This document shows, in pieces, positions 33,301 through 46,819 of a DNA stretch of 64,000 nt. The position numbers were made by a program, and so were the translations under genes. The notes below the pieces were generated by a model. It made no database searches. It was not told the DNA's origin and was given only the letters and a program-made list of their open reading frames with translations. The DNA comes from Eledone cirrhosa (Eukaryota), in NCBI GenBank assembly GCA_964016885.1, contig OZ024743.1:134168001-134232000 (forward strand), given 5' to 3'. The first letter of the stretch is position 1. Each line of letters opens with the position of its first letter.

Positions 33301-36300
33301 GGTGTTTGGTGTTTGGTGCTTGGTGTTTGGTGCTTTTTGCTTGGTGCTTGGTGCTTGGTGTTTGGTGCTGGGTGCTTGGTGCTTGGTGTTTGGTGTTATA
33401 TGCTTGGTGTTTGATGCTTGGTGCTTGGTGCTTGGTGTTTGGTGTTTGGTGCTTGGTGTTTGATGCTTGGTGCTTGGTGCTTGGTGTTTGGTGCTTGGTG
33501 CTTGGTGTTTGGTGCTTGGTGCTTGGTGTTTGGTGCTTGGTGTTTGGTGCTTGGTGTTTGGTGCTTGGTGCTTGGTGCTTGGTGCTTGGTGTTTTGTGTT
33601 TGGTGCTTGGTGTTTGGTGCTTGGTACTTGGTGCTTGGTGCTTGGTGTTAGGTGTTTGGTGCTTGGTGCTTGGTGTCTGGTTTTTGGTGCTTGGTGCTTG
33701 GTGTTTGGTGCTTGCTGCTGGCTGCTTGGTGTTTGGTGCTTGGTGATTGGTGCTTGGTGTTTGGTGTTTGGTACTAGGTGCTTGGTGTTTGGTGCTTGGT
33801 GCTTGGTGTTTGTACTTGGTGCTTGGTGCTTGGTTCTTGGTGTTTGGTGCTTCGTGCTTGGTGTTTGGTGCTTGGTGCTTGGTGTTTGGTGCTTGGTGTT
33901 TGGTGCTTGGTGTTTGGTACTTGGTGCTTGGTGCTTGGTGTTTGGTGCTTGTTGTTTGGTGCTTGGTGTTAGGTGTTTGGTGCTTGGTGCTTGGTGTTTG
34001 GTGTTTGGTGCTTGGTGTTTGGTGTTTGGTGTTATATGCTTGGTGTTTGCTGCTTGGTGCTTGCTGCTTGGTGTTTGGCGCTTGGTGTTTGATGCTTGGT
34101 GCTTGGTGCTTGGTGTTTGGTGCTTGGTGCTTGGTGTTTGTACTTGGTGCTTGGTGCTTGGTTCTTGGTGTTTGGTGCCTGGTGTTTGGTGTTTGGTGCT
34201 TGGTGTTTGGTGTTTGGTGTTATATGCTTGGTGTTTGATGCTTGGTGCTTGGTGCTTGGTGTTTGGTGCTTGGTGTTTGATGCTTGGTGCTTGGTGCTTG
34301 GTGTTTGGTGCTTGGTGCTTGGTGTTTGTACTTGGTGCTTGGTGCTTGGTTCTTGGAGTTTGGTGCTTGGTGCTTGGTGTTTGGTGCTTGGTGCTTGGTG
34401 TTTGGTGCTTGGTGTTTGGTGCTTGGTGTTTGGTGCTTGGTGCTTGGTGCTTAGTGCTTGGTGTTTGGTGCTTGGTGTTAGGTGTTTGGTGCTTGGTGCT
34501 TGGTGTTTGGTGTTTGGTGCTTGGTGTTTGGTGCTTGGTGTTTGGTGTTAGGTGTTTGGTGCTTGGTGTTTGGTGTTTGGTGCTTGGTGTTTGGTGCTTG
34601 GTGTTTGGTGCTTGGTGTTTGGTGCTTGGTACTTGGTCCTTGGTGCTTCGTGTTAGGTGTTTGGTGCTTGGTGCTTGGTGTTTGGTTTTTGGTGCTTGGT
34701 GCTTGGTGTTTGGTGTTTGGTGCTTGCTGCTGGCTGCTTGGTGTTTGATGCTTGGTGATTGGTGCTTGGTGTTTTCTGCTTGGTGTTTGGTGTTTTGTGC
34801 TAGGTGCTTGGTGTTTGGTGCTTGGTGCTTGGTGCTTGGTGTTTGGTGTTTGGTTTTAGGTGCTTGGTGCTTGGTGTTTGGTGCTTGGTGCTGGGTGGTT
34901 GGTGTTTAGTGCTTGGTGTTTGGTGCTGGGTGCTTGGTGTTTGGTGCTTGGTGCTTGGTCTTTGGTGCTTGGTGTTTGGTGTTTGGTGCTTGGTGCTTGG
35001 TGCTTGGTGTTTGGTGCTTGGTGCTTGGTGTTTGGTGCTTGGTGCTTAGTGTTTGGTGCTTGGTGCTTATTTTTTGGTGTTTGGTGCTTGGTGCTTGGTG
35101 TTTAGTGCTTAGTGTTTGGTGCTTGGTGCTTGGTGTTTGGTGTTTGCTGTTTGCTGTTTGGTGTTTGTTGTTTGGTGTTTGTTGTTTGGTGTTTGCTGTT
35201 TGTTTTTTTTGTGTTTGCTTTTTGGTGTTTGGTGTTTGCTGTATGTTGTTTGGTGTTTGGTGTTTGGTGTTTGGTGCCTGGTGCTTGGTGCTTGGTGCTT
35301 GGTGTTTGGTGTTTGGTGCTTGGTGCTTGGAGTTTGGTGTTTGGTGCTTGGTGCTTGGTGTTTCGTGTTTCGTGTTTGGTTTTTGGTGCTTGGTGCTTGG
35401 TGCTTGGTCCTTGGTGTTTGGTGCTGGGTGCATTGTGTTTGGTGCTTGGTGCTTGGTGCTTGGTGTTTGGTGTTTGCTGCTTGGTGTTTGATGCTTGGTG
35501 CTTGGTGGTTGGTGTTTTGTGTTTGGTGCTTGGTGCTTGGTGCTTGGTGTTTGGTGCTTGGTGCTTGGTGTTTGGTGCCTGGTGCTTGGTGCTTGGTGCT
35601 TGGTGTTTGGTGTTTGGTTCTTGGTGCTTGGTGCTTGGAGTTTGGTGTTTGGTGCTTGGTGCTTTGTGTTTTGTGTTTGGTGTTTGGTTTTTGGTGCTTG
35701 GTGCTTGGTCATTGGTGTTTGGTGCTGGGTGCTTTGTGTTTTGTGCTTGGTGCATGGTGTTTGGTGTTTGCTGCTTGGTGTTTGATGCTTGGTGCTTGGT
35801 GCTTGGTGTTTTGTGTTTGGTGCTTGGTTCTTGGTGTTTGGTGCTTGGTGCTTGGTACTTGGTGTTTGTACTTGGTGCTTGGTGCTTGGTGTTTGGTTCT
35901 TGGTTCTTGGTGTTTGGTACTTGGTGCTTGGTGCTTGATGTTTGGTGTTTGGTGCTTGTTGTTTGGTGCTTGGTACTTGGTGCTTGGTGCTTGGGGTTAG
36001 GTGTTTGGTGCTTGGTGCTTGGTGTTTGGTTTTTGGTGCTTGGTGCTTGGTGTTTGGTGTTTGGTGCTTGCTGCTGGCTGCTTGGTGTTTGATGCTTGGT
36101 GATTGGTGCTTGGTGTTTTGTGCTTGGTGTTTGGTGTTTGGTGCTAGGTGCTTGGTGTTTGGTGCTTGGTGCTTGGTGCTTGGTGTTTGGTGTTTGGTGT
36201 TAGGTGCTTCATGCTTGGTGTTTGGTGCTTGGTGCTGAGTGGTTGGTGTTTAGTGCTTGGTGTTTGGTGCTGGGTGCTTGGTGTTTGGTGCTTGGTGCTT

Positions 36301-39300
36301 GGTCTTTGGTGCTTGGTGTTTGGTGTTTGGTGCTTGGTGCTTGGTGCTTGGTGTTTGGTGCTTGGTGCTTGGTGTTTGGTGCTTGGTGCTTAGTGTTTGG
36401 TGCTTGGTGCTTAGTGTTTGGTGCTAGGTGCTTGGTGTTTGGTGCTTGGTGCTTGGTGTTTGGTGCCTGGTGCTTGGTGTTTGGTGTTTGGTGTTTGGTG
36501 CTTGGTGCTTGGTGTTTGGTGTTTGCTGTTTGCTGTTTGGTGTTTGTTGTTTGGTGTTTGTTGTTTGGTGTTTGCTGTTTGGTGTTTGGTGTTTGCTTTT
36601 TGGTGTTTGGTGTTTGCTGTATGTTGTTTGCTGTTTGGTGTTTGGTGTTTGGTGTTTGGTGTTTGGTGCTTGGTGCTTGCTGCTGGCTGCTTGGTGCTTG
36701 GTGTTTGGTGCCTGGTGCTTGGTGCTTGGTGCTTGGTGTTTGGTGTTTGGTGCTTGGTGCTTGGATTTTGGTGTTTGGTGCTTGGTGCTTGGTATTTCGT
36801 GTTTCGTGTTTGGTTTTTGGTGCTTGGTGCTTGGTGCTTGGTCCTTGGTGTTTGGTGCTGGGTGCTTGGTGTTTGGTGCTTGGTGCTTGGTCTTTGGTGC
36901 TTTGTGTTTGGTGCTTGGTGCTTGGTGTTTGGTGCTTGGTGCTTGGTGCTTGGTGTTTGGTTTTTGGTGCTTGGTGTTTGGTGTTTGGTGTTTGATGCTT
37001 GGTGCTTGGTGCTTGGTGCTTGGTGCTTGGTGTTTGTTGTTTGGTGTTTGATGTTTGGTGTTTGGTGTTTGCTTTTTGGTGTTTGGTGTTTGCTGTATGT
37101 TGTTTGGTGTTTGGTGTTTGGTGTTTGGTGTTTGGTGCTTGTTGCTTGGTGTTTGGTGCTTGGTGCTTGGTGTTTGTTGCCTGGTGCTTGGTGCTTGGTG
37201 CTTGGTGTTTGGTGTTTGGTGCTTGGTGCTTGGAGTTTGGTGTTTGGTGCTTGGTGCTTGGTGTTTCGTGTTTCGTGTTTGGTTTTTGGTGCTTGGTGCT
37301 TGGTGCTTGGTCCTTGGTGTTTGGTGCTGGGTGCATTGTGTTTGGTGCTTGGTGCTTGGTGCTTGGTGTTTGGTGTTTGCTGCTTGGTGTTTGATGCTTG
37401 GTGCTTGGTGGTTGGTGTTTTGTGTTTGGTGCTTGGTGCTTGGTGTTTGGTGCTTGGTGCTTGGTGCTTGGTGTTTGGTTCTTGGTTCTTGGTGTTTGGT
37501 GTTTGGCGTTTGGTGTTTGGTGCTTGGTGCTTGGTGTTTGGTGCTTGGTGCTTGGTGTTTGGTGCCTGGTGCTTGGTGCTTGGTGCTTGGTGTTTGGTGT
37601 TTGGTGCTTGGTGCTTGGTGCTTGGAGTTTGGTGTTTGGTGCTTGGTGCTTTGTGTTTTGTGTTTGGTGTTTGGTTTTTGGTGCTTGGTGCTTGGTCATT
37701 GGTGTTTGGTGCTGGGTGCTTTGTGTTTTGTGCTTGGTGCTTGGTGTTTGGTGTTTGCTGCTTGGTGTTTGATGCTTGGTGCTTGGTGCTTGGTGTTTTG
37801 TGTTTGGTGGTTGGTGCTTGGTGCTTGGTACTTGGTGTTTGTACTTGGTGCTTGGTGCTTGGTGTTTGGTTCTTGGTTCTTGGTGTTTGGTACTTGGTGC
37901 TTGGTGCTTGATGTTTGGTGTTTGGTGCTTGGTGTTTGGTGCTTGGTACTTGGTGCTTGGTGCTTGGGGTTAGGTGTTTGGTGCTTGGTGCTTGGTGTTT
38001 GGTTTTTGGTGCTTGGTGCTTGGTGTTTGGTGTTTGGTGCTTGCTGCTGGCTGCTTGGTGTTTGATGCTTGGTGATTGGTGCTTGGTGTTTTGTGCTTGG
38101 TGTTTGGTGTTTGGTGCTAGGTGCTTGGTGTTTGGTGCTTGGTGCTTGGTGCTTGGTGTTTGGTGTTTGGTGTTAGGTGCTTCATGCTTGGTGTTTGGTG
38201 CTTGGTGCTGAGTGGTTGGTGTTTAGTGCTTGGTGTTTGGTGCTGGGGGCTTGGTGTTTGGTGCTTGGTGCTTGGTCTTTGGTGCTTGGTGTTTGGTGTT
38301 TGGTGCTTGGTGATTGGTGCTTGGTGTTTGGTGCTTGGTGCTTGGTGTTTGGTGCTTGGTGCTTAGTGTTTGGTGCTTGGTGCTTAGTGTTTGGTGCTAG
38401 GTGCTTGGTGTTTGGTGCTTGGTGCTTGGTGTTTGGTGCCTGGTGCTTGGTGTTTGGTGTTTGGTGTTTGGTGCTTGGTGCTTGGTGTTTGGTGTTTGCT
38501 GTTTGCTGTTTGGTGTTTGTTGTTTGGTGTTTGTTGTTTGGTGTTTGCTGTTTGGTGTTTGGTGTTTGCTTTTTGGTGTTTGGTGTTTGCTGTATGTTGT
38601 TTGCTGTTTGGTGTTTGGTGTTTGGTGTTTGGTGCTTGGTGCTTGCTGCTGGCTGCTTGGTGCTTGGTGTTTGGTGCCTGGTGCTTGGTGCTTGGTGCTT
38701 GGTGTTTGGTGTTTGGTGCTTGGTGCTTGGAGTTTGGTGTTTGGTGCTTGGTGCTTGGTATTTCGTGTTTCGTGTTTGGTTTTTGGTGCTTGGTGCTTGG
38801 TGCTTGGTTCTTGGTGTTTGGTGCTGGGTGCTTGGTGTTTGGTGCTTGGTGCTTGGTCTTTGGTGCTTTGTGTTTGGTGCTTGGTGCTTGGTGTTTGGTG
38901 CTTGGTGCTTGGTGTTTGGTGCTTGGTGCTTGGTGTTTGGTTTTTGGTGCTTGGTGTTTGGTGTTTGGTGTTTGGTGCTTGCTGCTGGCTGCTTGGTGTT
39001 TGATGCATGGTGATTTGTGCTTGGTGTTTGGTGCTTGGTGTTTGGTGTTTGATGCTTGGTGCTTGATGTTTGGTGTTTGGTGCTTGGTGTTTGGTGCTTG
39101 GTACTTGGTGCTTGGTGCTTGGGGTTAGGTGTTTGGTGCTTGGTGCTTGGTGTTTGGTTTTTGGTGCTTGGTGCTTGGTGTTTGGTGTTTGGTGCTTGCT
39201 GCTGGCTGCTTGGTGTTTGATGCTTGGTGATTGGTGCTTGGTGTTTTGTGCTTGGTGTTTGGTGTTTGGTGCTAGGTGCTTGGTGTTTGGTGCTTGGTGC

Positions 39301-42300
39301 TTGGTGCTTGGTGTTTGGTGTTTGGTGTTAGGTGCTTCATGCTTGGTGTTTGGTGCTTGGTGCTGAGTGGTTGGTGTTTAGTGCTTGGTGTTTGGTGCTG
39401 GGGGCTTGGTGTTTGGTGCTTGGTGCTTGGTCTTTGGTGCTTGGTGTTTGGTGTTTGGTGCTTGGTGATTGGTGCTTGGTGTTTGGTGCTTGGTGCTTGG
39501 TGTTTGGTGCTTGGTGCTTAGTGTTTGGTGCTTGGTGCTTAGTGTTTGGTGCTAGGTGCTTGGTGTTTGGTGCTTGGTGCTTGGTGTTTGGTGCCTGGTG
39601 CTTGGTGTTTGGTGTTTGGTGTTTGGTGCTTGGTGCTTGGTGTTTGGTGTTTGCTGTTTGCTGTTTGGTGTTTGTTGTTTGGTGTTTGTTGTTTGGTGTT
39701 TGCTGTTTGGTGTTTGGTGTTTGCTTTTTGGTGTTTGGTGTTTGCTGTATGTTGTTTGCTGTTTGGTGTTTGGTGTTTGGTGTTTGGTGCTTGGTGCTTG
39801 CTGCTGGCTGCTTGGTGCTTGGTGTTTGGTGCCTGGTGCTTGGTGCTTGGTGCTTGGTGTTTGGTGTTTGGTGCTTGGTGCTTGGAGTTTGGTGTTTGGT
39901 GCTTGGTGCTTGGTATTTCGTGTTTCGTGTTTGGTTTTTGGTGCTTGGTGCTTGGTGCTTGGTTCTTGGTGTTTGGTGCTGGGTGCTTGGTGTTTGGTGC
40001 TTGGTGCTTGGTCTTTGGTGCTTTGTGTTTGGTGCTTGGTGCTTGGTGTTTGGTGCTTGGTGCTTGGTGTTTGGTGCTTGGTGCTTGGTGTTTGGTTTTT
40101 GGTGCTTGGTGTTTGGTGTTTGGTGTTTGGTGCTTGCTGCTGGCTGCTTGGTGTTTGATGCATGGTGATTTGTGCTTGGTGTTTGGTGCTTGGTGTTTGG
40201 TGTTTGATGCTTGGTGCTTGGTGTTTGGTGTTTGATGCTTGGTGCTTGGTGCTTGGTGCTTGGTGCTTGGTGTTTGGTGCTTGGTGTTTGGTGTTTGGTG
40301 CTTGGTGATTCATGTTTCTACTTGGTGCTTGGTGCTTGGTTCTTGGTATTTGGTGCTTGGTGCTTGGTGTTTGGTGTTATATGCTTGGTGTTTGATGCTT
40401 GGTGCTTGGTGTTTGGTATTTGGTGTTTGATGCTTGGTGCTTGGTGTTTGGTGCTTGGTGCTTGGTGTTTGTACTTGGTGCTTGGTGCTTGGTGCTTGGT
40501 GTTTGGTGCTTGGTATTTGGTGCTTGGTGCTTGGTGCTTGGTCCTTGGTGCTTGGTGTTTGGTGGTTGGTGTTTGGTGGTTGGTGTTAGGTGTTTGGTGC
40601 TTGGTGCTTGGTGTTTGGTGTTTGGTGCTTGGTGTTTGGTGTTTGGTGCTTGGTGTTTGGTGCTTGGTACTTGGTGCTTGGTGCTTGGTGTTAGGTGTTT
40701 GGTGCTTGGTGTTTGGTGCTTGGTGTTTGGTGCTTGGTGTTTGGTGCTTGGTGTTTGGTGGTTGGTGTTAGGTGTTTGGTGCTTGGTGCTTGGTGTTTGG
40801 TGTTTGGTGCTTGGTGTTTGGTGTGTTGTGCTTGGTGTTTGGTGCTTGGTACTTGGTGCTTGGTGCTTGGTGTTAGGTGTTTGGTGCTTGGTGTTTGGTG
40901 CTTGGTGTTTGGTGCTTGGTGCTTGGTGTTTGGTGCTTGGTGTTTGGTGTTTGGTGCTTGGTCATTGGTGTTTCTACTTGGTGCTTGGTGCTTGGTTCTT
41001 GGTGTTTGGTGTTTGGTGTTTGATGCTTGGTGCTTGGTGTTTGGTGCTTGGTGCTTGGTGTTTGTACTTGGTGCTTGGTGCTTGGTGCTTGGTGTTTGGT
41101 GCTTGGTATTTGGTGCTTGGTGCTTGGTGCTTGGTCCTTGGTGCTTGGTGTTTGGTGGTTGGTGTTTGGTGGTTGGTGTTAGGTGTTTGGTGCTTGGTGC
41201 TTGGTGTTTGGTGTTTGGTGCTTGGTGTTTGGTGTTTGGTGGTTGGTGTTTGGTGCTTGGTACTTGGTGCTTGGTGCTTGGTGTTAGGTGTTTGGTGCTT
41301 GGTGTTTGGTGCTTGGTGTTTGGTGCTTGGTGCTTGGTGCTTGGTGCTTGGTGTTTGGTGGTTGGTATTTGGTGCTTGGTGTTTGGTGCTTGGTGTTACG
41401 TGTTTGGTGCTTGGTGCTTGGTGTTTGGTGTTTGGTGCTTGGTGTTTGGTGTTTGGTGCTTGGTGTTTGGTGCTTTTTGCTTGGTGCTTGGTGCTTGGTG
41501 TTTGGTGCTGGGTGCTTGGTGCTTGGTGTTTGGTGTTATATGCTTGGTGTTTGATGCTTGGTGCTTGGTGCTTGGTGTTTGGTGTTTGGTGCTTGGTGTT
41601 TGATGCTTGGTGCTTGGTGCTTGGTGTTTGGTGCTTGGTGCTTGGTGTTTGGTGCTTGGTGCTTGGTGTTTGGTGCTTGGTGTTTGGTGCTTGGTGTTTG
41701 GTGCTTGGTGCTTGGTGCTTGGTGCTTGGTGTTTGGTGTTTGGTGCTTGGTGTTTGGTGCTTGGTACTTGGTGCTTGATGCTTGGTGTTAGGTGTTTGGT
41801 GCTTGGTGCTTGGTGTCTGGTTTTTGGTGCTTGGTGCTTGGTGTTTGGTGCTTGCTGCTGGCTGCTTGGTGTTTGGTGCTTGGTGATTGGTGCTTGGTGT
41901 TTGGTGTTTGGTGCTAGGTGCTTGGTGTTTGGTGCTTGGTGCTTGGTGTTTGTACTTGGTGCTTGGTGCTTGGTTCTTGGTGTTTGGTGCTTCGTGCTTG
42001 GTGTTTGGTGCTTGGTGCTTGGTGTTTGGTGCTTGGTGTTTGGTGCTTGGTGTTTGGTGCTTGGTGCTTGGTGCTTGGTGTTTGGTGCTTGGTTTTTAGT
42101 GCTTGGTGTTAGGTGTTTGGTGCTTGGTGCTTGGTGTTTGGTGCTTGGTGTTTGGTGTTTGGTGTTATATGCTTGGTGTTTGATGCTTGGTGCTTGGTGC
42201 TTGGTGTTTGGCGCTTGGTGTTTGATGCTTGGTGCTTGGTGCTTGGTGTTTGGTGCTTGGTGCTTGGTGTTTGTACTTGGTGCTTGGTGCTTGGTTCTTG

Positions 42301-45300
42301 GTGTTTGGTGCCTGGTGTTTGGTGTTTGGTGCTTGGTGTTTGGTGTTTGGTGTTATATGCTTGGTGTTTGATGCTTGGTGCTTGGTGCTTGGTGTTTGGT
42401 GCTTGGTGTTTGATGATTGGTGCTTGGTGCTTGGTGTTTGGTGCTTGGTGCTTGGTGTTTGTACTTGGTGCTTGGTGCTTGGTTCTTGGTGTTTGGTGCT
42501 TGGTGCTTGGTGTTTGGTACTTGGTGCTTGGTGTTTGGTGCTTGGTGTTTGGTGCTTGGTGTTTGGTGCTTGGTGCTTGGTGCTTAGTGCTTGGTGTTTG
42601 GTGCTTGGTGTTAGGTGTTTGGTGCTTGGTGCTTGGTGTTTGGTGTTTGGTGCTTGGTGTTTGGTGCTTGGTGTTTGGTGTTAGGTGTTTGGTGCTTGGT
42701 GTTTGGTGTTTGGTGCTTGGTGTTTGGTGCTTGGTGTTTGGTGCTTGGTGTTTGGTGCTTGGTACTTGGTGCTTGGTGCTTCGTGTTAGGTGTTTGGTGC
42801 TTGGTGCTTGGTGTTTGGTTTTTGGTGCTTGGTGCTTGGTGTTTGGTGTTTGGTGCTTGCTGCTGGCTGCTTGGTGTTTGATGCTTGGTGATTGGTGCTT
42901 GGTGTTTTGTGTTTGGTGCTTGGTGCTTGGTGTTTGGTGCTTGGTGCTTGGTGTTTGGTGCTTGGTGCTTGGTGTTTGGTTTTTGGTGCTTGGTGTTTGG
43001 TGTTTGGTGTTTGGTGCTTGCTGCTGGCTGCTTGGTGTTTGATGCATGGTGATTTGTGCTTGGTGTTTGGTGCTTGGTGTTTGGTGTTTGATGCTTGATG
43101 CTTGGTGTTTGGTGTTTGATGCTTGGTGCTTGGTGCTTGGTGCTTGGTGCTTGGTGTTTGTTGTTTGGTGTTTGCTGTTTGGTGTTTGGTGTTTGCTTTT
43201 TGGTGTTTGGTGTTTGCTGTATGTTGTTTGGTGTTTGGTGTTTGGTGTTTGGTGTTTGGTGCTTGCTGCTGGCTGCTTGGTGTTTGATGCTTGGTGATTG
43301 GTGCTTGGTGTTTTGTGCTTGGTGTTTGGTGTTTGGTGCTAGGTGCTTGGTGTTTGGTGCTTGGTGCTTGGTGCTTGGTGTTTGGTGTTTGGTGTTAGGT
43401 GCTTCATGCTTGGTGTTTGGTGCTTGGTGCTGAGTGGTTGGTGTTTAGTGCTTGGTGTTTGGTGCTGGGTGCTTGGTGTTTGGTGCTTGGTGCTTGGTCT
43501 TTGGTGCTTGGTGTTTGGTGTTTGGTGCTTGGTGCTTGGTGCTTGGTGTTTGGTGCTTGGTGCTTGGTGTTTGGTGCTTGGTGCTTAGTGTTTGGTGCTT
43601 GGTGCTTAGTGTTTGGTGCTAGGTGCTTGGTGTTTGATGCTTGGTGCTTGGTGTTTGGTGCCTGGTGCTTGGTGTTTGGTGTTTGGTGTTTGGTGCTTGG
43701 TGCTTGGTGTTTGGTGTTTGCTGTTTGCTGTTTGGTGTTTGTTGTTTGGTGTTTGTTGTTTGGTGTTTGCTGTTTGGTGTTTGGTGTTTGCTTTTTGGTG
43801 TTTGGTGTTTGCTGTATGTTGTTTGCTGTTTGGTGTTTGGTGTTTGGTGTTTGGTGCTTGGTGCTTGCTGCTGGCTGCTTGGTGCTTGGTGTTTGGTGCC
43901 TGGTGCTTGGTGCTTGGTGCTTGGTGTTTGGTGTTTGGTGCTTGGTGCTTGGAGTTTGGTGTTTGGTGCTTGGTGCTTGGTATTTTGTGTTTCGTGTTTG
44001 GTTTTTGGTGCTTGGAGTTTGGTGTTTGTTGCTTGGTGCTTGGTCTTTGGTGCTTTGTGTTTGGTGCTTGGTGCTTGGTGTTTGGTGCTAGGTGCTTGGT
44101 GTTTGGTGCTTGGTGCTTGGTGTTTGGTTTTTGGTGCTTGGTGTTTGGTGTTTGGTGTTTGGTGCTTGCTGCTGGCTGCTTGGTGTTTGATGCATGGTGA
44201 TTTGTGCTTGGTGTTTGGTGCTTGGTGTTTGGTGTTTGATGCTTGGTGCTTGGTGTTTGGTGTTTGATGCTTGGTGCTTGGTGCTTGGTGCTTGGTGCTT
44301 GGTGTTTGGTGCTTGGTGTTTGGTGTTTGGTGCTTGGTGATTCATGTTTCTACTTGGTGCTTGGTGCTTGGTTCTTGGTATTTGGTGCTTGGTGCTTGGT
44401 GTTTGGTGTTATATGCTTGGTGTTTGATGCTTGGTGCTTGGTGTTTGGTGTTTGGTGTTTGATGCTTGGTGCTTGGTGTTTGGTGCTTGGTGCTTGGTGT
44501 TTGTACTTGGTGCTTGGTGCTTGGTGCTTGGTGTTTGGTGCTTGGTATTTGGTGCTTGGTGCTTGGTGCTTGGTCCTTGGTGCTTGGTGTTTGGTGGTTG
44601 GTGTTTGGTGGTTGGTGTTAGGTGTTTGGTGCTTGGTGCTTGGTGTTTGGTGTTTGGTGCTTGGTGTTTGGTGTTTGGTGCTTGGTGTTTGGTGCTTGGT
44701 ACTTGGTGCTTGGTGCTTGGTGTTAGGTGTTAGGTGTTTGGTGCTTGGTGCTTGGTGTTTGGTGTTTGGTGCTTGGTGTTTGGTGTTTGGTGCTTGGTGT
44801 TTGGTGCTTGGTACTTGGTTCTTGGTGCTTGGTGTTAGGTGTTTGGTGCTTGGTGTTTGGTGCTTGGTGTTTGGTGCTTGGTGCTTGGTGTTTGGTGCTT
44901 GGTGTTTGGTGTTTGGTGCTTGGTCATTGGTGTTTCTACTTGGTGCTTGGTGCTTGGTTCTTGGTGTTTGGTGCTTGGTGCTTGGTGTTTGGTGTTATAT
45001 GCTTGGTGTTTGATGCTTGGTGCTTGGTGCTTGGTGTTTGGTGTTTGGTGTTTGATGCTTGGTGCTTGGTGTTTGGTGCTTGGTGCTTGGTGTTTGTACT
45101 TGGTGCTTGGTGCTTGGTGCTTGGTGTTTGGTGCTTGGTATTTGGTGCTTGGTGCTTGGTGCTTGGTGTTAGGTGTTTGGTGCTTGGTGTTTGGTGCTTG
45201 GTGTTTGGTGCTTGGTGCTTGGTGCTTGGTGCTTGGTGTTTGATGGTTGGTGTTTGGTGCTTGGTGTTTGGTGCTTGGTGTTACGTGTTTGGTGCTTGGT

Positions 45301-46819
45301 GCTTGGTGTTTGGTGTTTGGTGCTTGGTGTTTGGTGTTTGGTGCTTGGTGTTTGGTGCTTTTTGCTTGGTGCTTGGTGCTTGGTGTTTGGTGCTGGGTGC
45401 TTGGTGCTTGGTGTTTGGTGTTATATGCTTGGTGTTTGATGCTTGGTGCTTGGTGCTTGGTGTTTGGTGCTTGGTGTTTGATGCTTGGTGCTTGGTGCTT
45501 GGTGTTTGGTGCTTGGTGCTTGGTGTTTGGTGCTTGGTGCTTGGTGTTTGGTGCTTGGTGTTTGGTGCTTGGTGTTTGGTGCTTGGTGCTTGGTGCTTGG
45601 TGCTTGGTGTTTGGTGTTTGGTGCTTGGTGTTTGGTGTTTGGTGGTTGGTGTTTGGTGCTTGGTACTTGGTGCTTGGTGCTTGGTGTTAGGTGTTTGGTG
45701 CTTGGTGTTTGGTGCTTGGTGTTTGGTGCTTGGTGCTTGGTGCTTGGTGCTTGGTGTTTGGTGGTTGGTGTTTGGTGCTTGGTGTTTGGTGCTTGGTGTT
45801 ACGTGTTTGGTGCTTGGTGCTTGGTGTTTGGTGTTTGGTGCTTGGTGTTTGGTGTTTGGTGCTTGGTGTTTGGTGCTTTTTGCTTGGTGCTTGGTGCTTG
45901 GTGTTTGGTGCTGGGTGCTTGGTGCTTGGTGTTTGGTGTTATATGCTTGGTGTTTGATGCTTGGTGCTTGGTGCTTGGTGTTTGGTGTTTGGTGCTTGGT
46001 GTTTGATGCTTGGTGCTTGGTGCTTGGTGTTTGGTGCTTGGTGCTTGGTGTTTGGTGCTTGGTGCTTGGTGTTTGGTGCTTGGTGTTTGGTGCTTGGTGT
46101 TTGGTGCTTGGTGCTTGGTGCTTGGTGCTTGGTGTTTGGTGTTTGGTGCTTGGTGTTTGGTGCTTGGTACTTGGTGCTTGATGCTTGGTGTTAGGTGTTT
46201 GGTGCTTGGTGCTTGGTGTCTGGTTTTTGGTGCTTGGTGCTTGGTGTTTGGTGCTTGCTGCTGGCTGCTTGGTGTTTGGTGCTTGGTGATTGGTGCTTGG
46301 TGTTTGGTGTTTGGTGCTAGGTGCTTGGTGTTTGGTGCTTGGTGCTTGGTGTTTGTACTTGGTGCTTGGTGCTTGGTTCTTGGTGTTTGGTGCTTCGTGC
46401 TTGGTGTTTGGTGCTTGGTGCTTGGTGTTTGGTGCTTGGTGTTTGGTGCTTGGTGTTTGGTGCTTGGTGCTTGGTGCTTGGTGTTTGGTGCTTGGTTTTT
46501 AGTGCTTGGTGTTAGGTGTTTGGTGCTTGGTGCTTGGTGTTTGGTGCTTGGTGTTTGGTGTTTGGTGTTATATGCTTGGTGTTTGATGCTTGGTGCTTGG
46601 TGCTTGGTGTTTGGCGCTTGGTGTTTGATGCTTGGTGCTTGGTGCTTGGTGTTTGGTGCTTGGTGCTTGGTGTTTGTACTTGGTGCTTGGTGCTTGGTTC
46701 TTGGTGTTTGGTGCCTGGTGTTTGGTGTTTGGTGCTTGGTGTTTGGTGTTTGGTGTTATATGCTTGGTGTTTGATGCTTGGTGCTTGGTGCTTGGTGTTT
46801 GGTGCTTGGTGTTTGATGC
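27361..46819 (+). repeat. Higher-order repeat copy A' (about 19,459 bp), directly tandem to copy A, with a net -91 bp segment change and an extra 1,155 bp internal duplication
   Basis: The offset to copy A steps from 18,395 to 18,304 (17638/35942, 19873/38177) and then to 19,459 (20752/40211, 22148/41607, 26551/46010). Confidence 0.92.
37900..40215 (+). repeat. 1,155-bp (165-monomer) tandem duplication specific to copy A'
   Basis: ORF pairs 37915/39070, 38177/39332 and 38401/39556. The marker GCTGGGGGC occurs at ~38242 and ~39397 but only once in copy A (~19938). Confidence 0.9.
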
